Assembly: GCA_964019335.1 (NCBI GenBank)
Contig: OZ025762.1
Location: 126,740-190,739 of the forward strand
Source: Diplonema japonicum
Taxonomy: Eukaryota > Protista > Euglenozoa: Diplonemea
Reading direction: 5' to 3'
Length of the DNA: 64,000 nt
The notes under the pieces were generated by a model. That model saw nothing but the letters and a program-made list of their open reading frames with translations. It was not told the DNA's origin and ran no database searches. A program made the position numbers and the translations under genes. Shown here piece by piece: positions 1-10,222 of this stretch (the first letter of the stretch is position 1; the number at the start of each line of letters is the position of its first letter).

Positions 1-158
1 ATGACCACGAAAGGCCCTAAATAAATGAGGGAGGGAAAAGGTTCCTACTCCTTGAAACGATTGCCCTTGAAGGCATGTTGTAAAGCGCAGCAATGCATTT
101 CAGCAAAGAAATAGATCACAGGCTGGTAAGGAAGGAGGGAAGGTCGTTGAAAGATAGA

Positions 159-1898
159 TTAAACAACAGTATATATAGCAACAGGCTCCTGTGTGCCATG
201 GTTGATACTAAGATGATGGCCCACCGAATTTGGTTCCTGAGATGCGAGCCCATCCTGTTTGAAACCTGGAAGGTAGGGCTTGTAAGACTCGTACTTCGGG
301 AAGAGGCACGCAAAGTGGGTGAGCTCCTCGAACACATGCTGCCGCGTCTCGCTTGCATCGTCGTAGACACCGATGTAGGTGCTGATGATGATGTGCAGAA
401 CCACATCCACGAACACCACCTTCGACACAAACATCCCTGCCAACATTTGCACCACAAGCCTTGAAATGAACAACGGGCTCAGCATGTTCTTCACCGCCGC
501 CACTCCTTCCGCCTTCAGGGCTACCAGATGGTCAGCCATGTAGATGCCCAGCACAAGGAAGCCAAGGCCGAGTATCTGCAAAACAATGGCAGCGTACGTC
601 AGCCTCGTCATCAGTGTCTGTGCCTTCTCCCGTGTCACCGCTCGAAGAAGCTGGTCTGAGAACGCCAGAAACAACCCCATGCTGGCGGTGATGAGGACAG
701 CCGTTGCCATCACAGGAGCCGTCCCCACCACCACAAGAAGAAGGGCCATGATGGCCATCACAATGGGAAGTGCCGAGGCCTGCAAGATGATCAACATCCA
801 CGAGGTCACACGGACACCAGGGAACATCAGCTTCGACATCCTGAGACCCTTTTGAAGACCAAGCATCAAGCCCAGAACACCAGGGGCGAGTGACTTCAAT
901 GCTTCCAAGGCTCCAAGAAGGAAGGGGAAGTAGACAATGTACCTCAACAGGAGACCCACGAAGGTCAGGATGAGCTGGGAAGACGAAACGTTACCTGTTG
1001 TGGTGTCGATCAGCTTCAAGCCGTCGGTCACGGTGTTCGCCATGTCGTCGATGCGTCCGCTGCACACAGAGTTCACATTCACAATCTTCCCGTCAAGCTG
1101 CAGCTCCGTCCCGACCAAGCTGGAAAAGACGGTTTCTATTGTGTTGAGGGTGTACTTGCACAGGCCCTGAACCTGCTCCTTGGGGGAGACGATGTCCATC
1201 CAGGGGACGAAGAAGTAGATGAAAGGGAGGAAGAAGACAAAAAACCAACCGAAGGCAACGAGGCGGATGCTCTGGTGGTAGGAGACCCACCTCCAGGCGG
1301 AGGCGGAGTAGAAGAAAATGGCGAAGATGGTCTGTGCAAGCGGGATGAACTGCAGCAGCTGGGTCCTGGTCCTGTCCCTGATGGCGTACGCGTCGCTGCT
1401 GAGCTCGCTCTTCTCAGCACTGACGTCGAAGGCGTTATCCTTGTGCAGCTGGATGATGTTGATGACGAGGACAGCCACGTAGAGCAGAACACCGATGTTG
1501 AGCTGCGACCTCCGCCAGGCAAGGTAGGCATGCGACACAGGAGGCGCCTTGTCCCCAAGGGAGGTGGCGGAGGAAACAGTCTCCAAGGGGTCCACCACCA
1601 CCTCCCTCAGATCCGTCACCAGAGCCCTTCCGGGACGGGGGACCTGCAGCTTCAGGTTGTCCACCACACCTACACGGTAGACATCACCCCTGAAGCACAG
1701 GAACACCAAGGCAACACCACCAATGAGCAGGAAGATGCCCAGCATGATGTAACCCACGTAGGACAGTGCCTGCCTCCCCACATACTCCACAGGGTCGGGG
1801 GGCGAAGGTGTCTCGGTCTCATCGAATGGCGCTTGTCCCCGAACCGCCATCGTGTGCAGGAGGAGGAGACCTGCAGCAGCATGCTTGTGCGACAACAT
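159..1898 (-). CDS. Multi-pass membrane protein with signal peptide, paralog 1 of 3 (unknown function)
   Basis: 579-aa ORF with an N-terminal hydrophobic signal and about 9-10 hydrophobic segments. Near-identical to 3751-5628 and homologous to 10223-12004. Confidence 0.85.
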   Translation of the reverse strand: MLSHKHAAAGLLLLHTMAVRGQAPFDETETPSPPDPVEYVGRQALSYVGYIMLGIFLLIGGVALVFLCFRGDVYRVGVVDNLKLQVPRPGRALVTDLREVVVDPLETVSSATSLGDKAPPVSHAYLAWRRSQLNIGVLLYVAVLVINIIQLHKDNAFDVSAEKSELSSDAYAIRDRTRTQLLQFIPLAQTIFAIFFYSASAWRWVSYHQSIRLVAFGWFFVFFLPFIYFFVPWMDIVSPKEQVQGLCKYTLNTIETVFSSLVGTELQLDGKIVNVNSVCSGRIDDMANTVTDGLKLIDTTTGNVSSSQLILTFVGLLLRYIVYFPFLLGALEALKSLAPGVLGLMLGLQKGLRMSKLMFPGVRVTSWMLIILQASALPIVMAIMALLLVVVGTAPVMATAVLITASMGLFLAFSDQLLRAVTREKAQTLMTRLTYAAIVLQILGLGFLVLGIYMADHLVALKAEGVAAVKNMLSPLFISRLVVQMLAGMFVSKVVFVDVVLHIIISTYIGVYDDASETRQHVFEELTHFACLFPKYESYKPYLPGFKQDGLASQEPNSVGHHLSINHGTQEPVAIYTVV

Positions 1899-2363
1899 GG
1901 TTTGTCAAGTATCTGTGGTGTGGTGTGGTGTGTGTTTAGGAAAAAAGGAAGAAGAGAAACAGCGGGGGGGGAAAGGCGTAAAAGCAATCTTTTTGATAAT
2001 GAATTGTTAAAAGAGTAGAGTGGTAGCATTGTTGGGGTCATCCTTCTACAGGACTAACCCCAGATGTGCATCGAACAATTTATAAACTCATTTTTTTTAA
2101 AAAAAGAACTTAGACCTTTTAAAGAAAAAGAAAAGACACATAGGAATAGGTTCCTATTTTCGCTTCGTTTTCCTCGACCCCAAAAAGAATAAAGAAGAAA
2201 AAAAGACTTTGTAAAGAGATGCTATGTGGAAGCATATAGACAACAATCTGGTCAGAGACCAAGGTTACCCTTTGCCGGCCACTCTGGGAGAAGGGAAAGA
2301 AAAGGAACCTGGGGTGCGTGTTGACGATTAGAAACCCCTGGTTTTTTTGAATAAAAAAAGGTA

Positions 2364-2398
<35 letters not shown>

Positions 2399-5300
2399 GG
2401 GAGTTGTATCTTGTGTTCTTTTTCTTCTTCTTTTTTTTCGTTCAGAAGAGGAAGGGGGGAAAAAAAACTTCAAAAAGCTTTTTTTTTTTTTTTCTCCCCC
2501 CTTTTTTTCGAAAACCAACGGACATTGCCAAAGGTGAGAGCTAGGTAAAGTTTTGGAAGAGCTAGGTGAGAAAATATAGGAGAGGAATGACGAGAAAAAA
2601 AAAAAAAAAAAAAAAACTGTAAACGAAAAATTTACCGGAAGGAAAACCATCCGGTCGGTCAGGTCTTCGAGGTCTTGGAGCATTTTTCCTTCCACGGTAT
2701 ATGAAAAGGAAGCGTGGTGTGCCTCACAGGGTCATGAGATCTCGAGGCACACCTGGAAGAGAAAAAAAAAAAGAACTAGCTGCGGGCCTAGTGTGGAAGA
2801 TTATTACATATAAACCTCTTAATCTAGTCCCAACAAAAGGGACAGGAAAAAAAAAATAAGATGAAACCTTTAATTAAGAGATTTACAGTATTTCTTTTTC
2901 TCATTTCCTTTTTTTTTTTTTTTTGTTGTAAATCATTACACACAGCGGCAAACAAAGATATTCGGATTAACAATCGCAGAAAAAGGAAAAATGAAAAAAA
3001 AAGAAATGAAAAAGAAAATGAAAGAGAAATGAGCAGAGGAAATTGTTATTGTTTTTCTTTTCTTTTTCTTCTTCTTCTTTTTGTTGTCGTTCTTTTTTAG
3101 AACGAAAAAAAAAAAAAAAACTTTCAACTTCGCTGCTTTTCGTACGTGTTAACGATAAAGGTGATGTTTAAGGGCAAAACCAATTTGACCACCCTTTTAT
3201 AAAAATAAAATTTGTTTAAGATAAAGGAGGCCAATGTTGGTGGTAGCCTGAACACCTCTATGTCACCCCACCTTAAAATATGAAAGAAAAAAAAGAAAAA
3301 GAACAAAAAGTTCCCTGTTTTTCTTTATTCTTAAGTGCTACTTCTAATTCTTTTGGTTTTGGAGAATATACCCCACCACGTAAAAAAAAAAATGGGGGGT
3401 TTACTAACCAATTTTCTATTGGTACCTGAAACTACAACTTGCGTTGGGAGAAAGAAGAAAAAAAAAAGGAAAAAAAAAAAAGAAAGTAGGGCAACTCAAA
3501 GGGGAAATGTGAACAAAACCCTTCGAAATCAAATAACCCTCTTTCACTCTTAATATGTCACTTCACCTCACCTTACTCAGGCAGGCAAAGGAATTTTAAT
3601 AATTAATTCGACAAAGCTTCAGGAAAAAAGAAAATGCGAAAAAAAAATAAAAAAGATAATATCGAAAGCAGGGCTCTGGCACCGGACACAGAGGGCCTCG
3701 CTGAAGAAAAGAAATGTTTTAAAAAAAAGAATAATAATAAATAATGATTATCAAACCATGTGTATGGTCCCCCTCGTTGCAAGGGGCTCCCTGTACCTCC
3801 CGAGGTCCCTTGGAGCCCTGTGACTGGCGGTGAAATATCCAGGAAGTGTGGTCGGCGTCCTGAGTGGGCCACGGTCCACACCAAGATGGCTCTCGCTGGC
3901 TACAACTGGTACTGCAGCTGATGTCCCGTGGTTGATACTCAAGTGATCAGGGTCCGTAGCCACAGGAGTCGTATTTAACTCCACATCTTCCTTGTTGGGT
4001 ACGAAATCCTTGTAAGACTCGTACTTCGGGAAGAGGCACGCAAAGTGGGTGAGCTCCTCGAACACATGCTGCCGCGTCTCGCTTGCATCGTCGTAGACAC
4101 CGATGTAGGTGCTGATGATGATGTGCAGAACCACATCCACGAACACCACCTTCGACACAAACATCCCTGCCAACATTTGCACCACAAGCCTTGAAATGAA
4201 CAACGGGCTCAGCATGTTCTTCACCGCCGCCACTCCTTCCGCCTTCAGGGCTACCAGATGGTCAGCCATGTAGATGCCCAGCACAAGGAAGCCAAGGCCG
4301 AGTATCTGCAAAACAATGGCAGCGTACGTCAGCCTCGTCATCAGTGTCTGTGCCTTCTCCCGTGTCACCGCTCGAAGAAGCTGGTCTGAGAACGCCAGAA
4401 ACAACCCCATGCTGGCGGTGATGAGGACAGCCGTTGCCATCACAGGAGCCGTCCCCACCACCACAAGAAGAAGGGCCATGATGCACATCACAATGGGAAG
4501 TGCCGAGGCCTGCAAGATGATCAACATCCACGAGGTCACACGGACACCAGGGAACATCAGCTTCGACATCCTGAGACCCTTTTGAAGACCAAGCATCAAG
4601 CCCAGAACACCAGGGGCGAGTGACTTCAATGCTTCCAAGGCTCCAAGAAGGAAGGGGAAGTAGACAATGTACCTCAACAGGAGACCCACGAAGGTCAGGA
4701 TGAGCTGGGAAGACGAAACGTTACCTGTTGTGGTGTCGATCAGCTTCAAGCCGTCGGTCACGGTGTTCGCCATGTCGTCGATGCGTCCGCTGCACACAGA
4801 GTTCACATTCACAATCTTCCCGTCAAGCTGCAGCTCCGTCCCGACCAAGCTGGAAAAGACGGTTTCTATTGTGTTGAGGGTGTACTTGCACAGGCCCTGA
4901 ACCTGCTCCTTGGGGGAGACGATGTCCATCCAGGGGACGAAGAAGTAGATGAAAGGGAGGAAGAAGACAAAAAACCAACCGAAGGCAACGAGGCGGATGC
5001 TCTGGTGGTAGGAGACCCACCTCCAGGCGGAGGCGGAGTAGAAGAAAATGGCGAAGATGGTCTGTGCAAGCGGGATGAACTGCAGCAGCTGGGTCCTGGT
5101 CCTGTCCCTGATGGCGTACGCGTCGCTGCTGAGCTCGCTCTTCTCAGCACTGACGTCGAAGGCGTTATCCTTGTGCAGCTGGATGATGTTGATGACGAGG
5201 ACAGCCACGTAGAGCAGAACACCGATGTTGAGCTGCGACCTCCGCCAGGCAAGGTAGGCATGCGACACAGGAGGCGCCTTGTCCCCAAGGGAGGTGGCGG

Positions 5301-5659
5301 AGGAAACAGTCTCCAAGGGGTCCACCACCACCTCCCTCAGATCCGTCACCAGAGCCCTTCCGGGACGGGGGACCTGCAGCTTCAGGTTGTCCACCACACC
5401 TACACGGTAGACATCACCCCTGAAGCACAGGAACACCAAGGCAACACCACCAATGAGCAGGAAGATGCCCAGCATGATGTAACCCACGTAGGACAGTGCC
5501 TGCCTCCCCACATACTCCACAGGGTCGGGGGGCGAAGGTGTCTCGGTCTCATCGAATGGCGCTTGTCCCCGAACCGCCATCGTGTGCAGGAGGAGGAGAC
5601 CTGCAGCAGCATGCTTGTGCGACAACATGGTTTGTCAAGTATCTGTGGTGTGGTGTGGT
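279..5659. repeat. Direct repeat: 279-1929 vs 4009-5659 (~1.65 kb, nearly identical)
   Basis: Offset 3730 bp. The only difference noticed is at 754-755 vs 4484-4485. Flanking spacers are unrelated. Confidence 0.95.
3751..5628 (-). CDS. Multi-pass membrane protein, paralog 2 of 3
   Basis: 625-aa ORF. Translation matches paralog 1 except one residue (MAIMA vs MCIMA) up to ...YESYK, then has a different C-terminal tail. Confidence 0.85.
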   Translation of the reverse strand: MLSHKHAAAGLLLLHTMAVRGQAPFDETETPSPPDPVEYVGRQALSYVGYIMLGIFLLIGGVALVFLCFRGDVYRVGVVDNLKLQVPRPGRALVTDLREVVVDPLETVSSATSLGDKAPPVSHAYLAWRRSQLNIGVLLYVAVLVINIIQLHKDNAFDVSAEKSELSSDAYAIRDRTRTQLLQFIPLAQTIFAIFFYSASAWRWVSYHQSIRLVAFGWFFVFFLPFIYFFVPWMDIVSPKEQVQGLCKYTLNTIETVFSSLVGTELQLDGKIVNVNSVCSGRIDDMANTVTDGLKLIDTTTGNVSSSQLILTFVGLLLRYIVYFPFLLGALEALKSLAPGVLGLMLGLQKGLRMSKLMFPGVRVTSWMLIILQASALPIVMCIMALLLVVVGTAPVMATAVLITASMGLFLAFSDQLLRAVTREKAQTLMTRLTYAAIVLQILGLGFLVLGIYMADHLVALKAEGVAAVKNMLSPLFISRLVVQMLAGMFVSKVVFVDVVLHIIISTYIGVYDDASETRQHVFEELTHFACLFPKYESYKDFVPNKEDVELNTTPVATDPDHLSINHGTSAAVPVVASESHLGVDRGPLRTPTTLPGYFTASHRAPRDLGRYREPLATRGTIHMV

Positions 5660-6207
5660 TTTCTTTTCGATCGTAAACTGGAGTGAAGAAAAAAAAGAAG
5701 AAAAAACAGCGAAAAAAAGAAGACAGGCAATGAAGCCTTTCCAGCAAACCTCCTCGTAACGCCTACGAACTGCCACCTGAGAAAACTACCGTCGGTGCTG
5801 AAGTGCTGGGGTTCTTGCACTCATCTGACCGATAAAATGGATTCTTTTCATCAGGTTTACACATTTCTGGGGCAACTAGTATTGGAAGGGTGCTACTATT
5901 ATTTTGCATATTTCAAGTAGGGTTTTCAAAAAAAGAAAAGTGACAAAATAGCGAACACCATATAGCATTCTGAATTTTAAAAAAAAAAAAAAAAAAGGTG
6001 ATTTTAAGTTCTTGATACTCTCTGGTAGGAGTTCTAGGGCTAACTTCACCTCCGACGCCCTGTCTCCTACCATCTAGAGTAGTTGTGAATTCATTTTCAG
6101 CAGCAACCCCGCGTGTATCTGCCCTATACCCCAATCGTCGTCCCAAGCTGTCCAAAACATTCCGTTCCCATGGCAGCTGTAAAAAAAAAAAAAAAAAGAA
6201 AATATAT

Positions 6208-7227
6208 GAGCTCGTCCGGAAAAAAATGTCAACAAATGACCCTCCTATGCGGCGGAAAACCCCCGTTAAAATTCTAAGTAGAAAAGTAGTCCGACACCAC
6301 TTTGTGTGCAGAAATGCAGTCTAAGCTTGAACACCATATAGGTCACAATGCTCGCCGTTTGTTTTATTTTTAAAACGCACGTGCAAAAACATGTTTTTTT
6401 AGAATGGCTTTTGGCAAACGATTCAATTTGGAAGTTACAAATAACCCAGGCTCCATTTTTTATTTTCGTTTTCCCGTGAAAAGCGACAGGAGGAATGGAC
6501 GCAGATTGAAAATCTGTGAAACCTTTGGGGTCATTTTGTGTGGGCTGGACTCTAAAATCACTATTAAAATGGGGTGGGGGAACTTACCCTTAAAGTGCCA
6601 TTTTGGTCTATTTAAGGCTAAAATCCCTTTAAAACCCCTTATAAAAGCAGAAATTTCACTTTCAAAGTATTATGAGTGCAAAAGAAAAACCTCAGCAGAT
6701 GGGTAGAGAATGAAAGTTTGACCCCGAAGATACCAATGTCGAAGCTCTGCATGAGCAGGCAAGTGTTAAGAATTGGTTTTTCTGAAAAAGGCCAAAATCC
6801 CTTAGGAACCCCTTGAAAAAGCCAAAAAATAGGGTGTGAAAAACCGGGTTTTCGGGGCTATGCGCCATATATTTTTCGCTAAGTACTTTTAACAGTAACC
6901 CGACCCTGGGTTGTACCCAGGGGTCACAAGTGCGCTTGAACACCAATTTTATGCACCCTAGATGCTGCATTTTAAGCAATAAAATTGCATTTTAAACATT
7001 TTTCGCCGTTTTTCTGACCTCTATTTTTCGCTTCCCGGGGGCAGCTGGTTGCAAAGCCTGCCACCCTCATGGCAAAACAGGCATCGCAATTGAAAGAACG
7101 GCGTCACGTACACCATATATGTCATCTTCCTATGGTTGCATGCTGCCCTTTTTTTGCTCAAATAATCGAAACAAGAAATTTTCGGAGGTGCCCAAAAAAG
7201 TGTTGACATTTTCGTCCGGACGAGCTC
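6208..7227. mobile_element. Non-autonomous DNA transposon (MITE-like) with 27-bp TIRs
   Basis: Left GAGCTCGTCCGGAAAAAAATGTCAACA (6208-6234) vs reverse complement of 7201-7227 GAGCTCGTCCGGACGAAAATGTCAACA, 2 mismatches. Flanked by ATAT on both sides; TA or TATA target duplication is equally possible. No transposase ORF. Confidence 0.85.
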
Positions 7228-8804
7228 ATATAAGAGTTAAAGGAGGCCGGTGTTACCCGTGATGACCTGATGTACTTCTTTATATTTCCAAAAAAAAAAA
7301 AAAAAGGGGGAAAACAAACTTTTAAACGAAAACAAGAATACGGCGCTTTTTATTTGTTTGCAAAAACAAATTTATTAGGAAGGGTGGGAGGGTATCAAAA
7401 GCGTGATATCTACGCCAATTGCTACCTGCCAGTCATAGTCTGGTAAAAGAAATAAAGTCTTTTTTTTTTTTTTTTTTTTTTTTTGCGCACATTTTTTCTT
7501 TTTCTCATTTTTCAGGGTCGATCGAAGATCTTCGCAAAACGACTTGCATTTTACATTCTTCCTTTGATCTCCTTCTTTGTTTTGCGGGAAAAAAAAGAAG
7601 AAAAAAACATTTCGCATCACCACTAGGCCGTATTGCATTGAAAGCCCTTTGCGCAAAAGATTTTTTTTTTCAAATCGTCTCTGTAAAGACGCTCGTTGGT
7701 AGATGGTTAAAAAGAAAAGAATTCACTATGATAGGAACGAAGTGGTTAGCAACGGCCCACCAAAAAAAATAAATACAAACCTTTTTAAAACCAAAAGGTA
7801 TTATAATAAGTAAGGAATACAGGAGCAAAAAAAAAAAACAAAAAAAATGAAAGGAGTGGGAAGAAGAAAAGAAAAAAACAAAAGATTTGATAACTTAAGG
7901 GTCAACAGCGAACAGCACATCCGATGCATTTCTTTATATTTTCCAATGGTTTTCAATAAAAAGAAAACATCACACGTTTAAAAGCTGTTTTTATTCCCTG
8001 CAGCCCCCGTAAAAAAAAAAAAAGAAAATATATATTTCTCTGGGCAACACCACTCCATAAAAGGGAACTATTGAAACTACGTTCAACAAAAAGCCTCTGT
8101 ATGGGCAAATCTGGTTTTTGCACTTGGGATTGTTTCTTATTTTTTTTATTTTTTTTTTTTATTTTTTTTTTATTAGTCTTTGTTCATTTTTTTTTTTTTA
8201 AAAAAAAAAGAAAAAAAAAAGGGGGAATAAACGAACTATTTCTCTGTTTGTCAACGATAACTACAACGACAAAGTATTTTGGGTCTCTACCCCTTTCTCC
8301 AAAAAAAAAAAGCCCGCACAAGTGTTCTTGGTCTCTATGACCTGGTACCCGAAATGATTGTAAGTGGGAATAAAAAGGGAACAAGTAAAAAAACAGGTGA
8401 AGGATGAATACTTCATACTGTTTTTCGTCTCTATGGAGCCTGGTACCTTGCGTTAAATATTTTCCTCCCCACCTTCACATCTCCGTCGTGTAGGGTTAAC
8501 TATAGAAAGAAAATGGGCCATTGTAGTTTACCCCCCCCCCCCCTCCCACCCCATTCTCACTCCTGAAGAATAAGAAAAGAAAGGATCAGAGTGGTTTAAA
8601 GACTGCCCAAGACTGATTCTTGCACGTCAATTATACAGGAAAGGAAACCAACAAATAAAAATTGCCACAGGCCGTAATCAAAAAAAAATGGTGTGTTGCC
8701 TCATGTTTCAAGTGCAACAAAACCATGTTTTGAGAGATCTGACATGAAGCGTAAAAAAAAAAAAAAAAAAAAAGGAGAGCGAAAGTAGTTCAAAAAAAAA
8801 AAAA

Positions 8805-9327
8805 CTATTCTGTTAACTGAATCGTCCAATACTACCTATAGGCGCTCTTGCAACGACCACAGCCATCGCCAACGTGCCAAAAAATGGGCTAAACTCGCAC
8901 ACTGGTGTGAGCTTCAAGGGAGCTAAACGTTTCAGACATGGCGTGCCACACCCATAGGCCTCACGACCGGGGAGGGGGACATTTATCTTTCGCCCGTAAG
9001 CTAGAGTGCGCATGCATCCCCAGCTTGCTTTGGGAGGTGTTGCCAACACCTGGGTCGCTTCCAGCGGTCCGACCTGCTGCCCAATTCAAAGCGCGGTTGC
9101 GGTGAATCCAAGCCCCCTAAGCATCGACACGATTAACAAAGGGGTTTGTTACGCCGGGATATCTTGTTCACCAATGCTCCATACGCCCCCTGTTGCCAGT
9201 TCGCCGGATGAGCATACTGCAGGGACTTCCACTCATCCGTTGCCCGGTGGGTACCACGAGGAGGTCAGCAACAATTCTATACTTTTGGCCACGTAGGGCC
9301 TGTTCTACATTTAGTATAGTCCCACAT
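8805..9327 (-). mobile_element. Short non-coding (SINE/SIDER-like) retroposon headed by an HDV-like ribozyme
   Basis: Complex ~520-bp sequence interrupting one unit of a local duplication (8695-9530). The second unit (9545-9810) lacks it. The 5' end coincides with the ribozyme fold and the 3' end runs into a T tract. Confidence 0.75.
9191..9326 (-). ncRNA. HDV-like self-cleaving ribozyme fold (P1 partly degenerate)
   Basis: Minus strand: P2 UGUUGCUG / UGGCAACA; P3 ACC-UCCUCGU-GGU; P1' ACCCACC; P1.1 GG; GCAA; P4 CGGAUGAGU...GCUCAUCCG; J4/2 GCGAA with the catalytic-C position. The 5' strand of P1 (UGUGGGA) pairs at only 5 of 7 positions. Confidence 0.8.
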
Positions 9328-10222
9328 GAAAATATATATTTTTTTGTGTCCTCGTTGATCACATTCTCCCCCATTCGTTTCCCCCCCCCTTTTTATTTCT
9401 ACTTGTTTAGAACCTTCTTGCTCCGGCTACAAGTGAGCCAAAGTCTTTTTTTTTTTCATTTTACTGGTCATTTCTTTCATTTGTGTTTAATATATTTTGA
9501 CATATAAACTCTTGATTTGTGTAGCCCCGTAATAGAAATGGATTGTTGCCTCACGTCTCAAGTGCTATAAATTTGTTTTGAGAGATCTGAGACATGAAGC
9601 GTAAGAAAGGAAAGAGAACGTTGCAAAAAAAAAAAAAAAAGGAAATCTTTTTGATGTCCCGTTGTTACATTCTCCCCCTTTCGTCTTCTCTACCTGTTTA
9701 AACTTTTTTTGCTCCGGCTACAAGTGCCAAAGTCAGTTTTCTTTCTCTTTTCTTTCTGGGTTATTTCTTTCTCTTGTGTTTCTTTTTACATGTTCACTGT
9801 AAACTCCGGGATTCTTCATACAGCAGTTTGAAAGCCGAAATATAAAATCAATTACTGTAAAAACAAAAACAAAAAAAAAATATACCGGACGGACAGAAGC
9901 TCGGAAGTGTGTCCAACCCCCGCCAGAATACGGCGGCACTCTTTTTCCACTACTCCACCAGCCGCAGACACACAGCAGGAAACCAGGACAAGGACATTGC
10001 TCGCTGACTATCGTGATGAGAATGGGAAGGATTATTCCTCTGTTCATTGTGAAACATGGCCCAAACTGCACCAAACGATGCCGCTAGGGGCAATGACAAA
10101 GTCGAAGCGTCATACCACAGTGAAAGTACGCGGGCTTTGACGATAATAACAGCTAAGATGGCACCCCCCTTGTCCCGTCCGGCATTTCTGTTTTACAGTA
10201 AATCTTTATTATTAAGCTATTC

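Larger units (their letters stand above)
8695..9810. repeat. Diverged tandem duplication of a ~260-bp intergenic unit (unit 1 interrupted by an insertion)
   Basis: gttgcctca..tcaagtgc..ttttgagagatctga..catgaagcgtaa at ~8695-8754 and ~9545-9604. acattctcccc..ttgctccggctacaagtg..ccaaagtc at ~9361-9446 and ~9667-9734. Confidence 0.85.

Noticed and set aside
2252-3553. K-rich and F-rich short ORFs here and in other spacers
   Set aside because: Translations of poly(A) and poly(T) runs.
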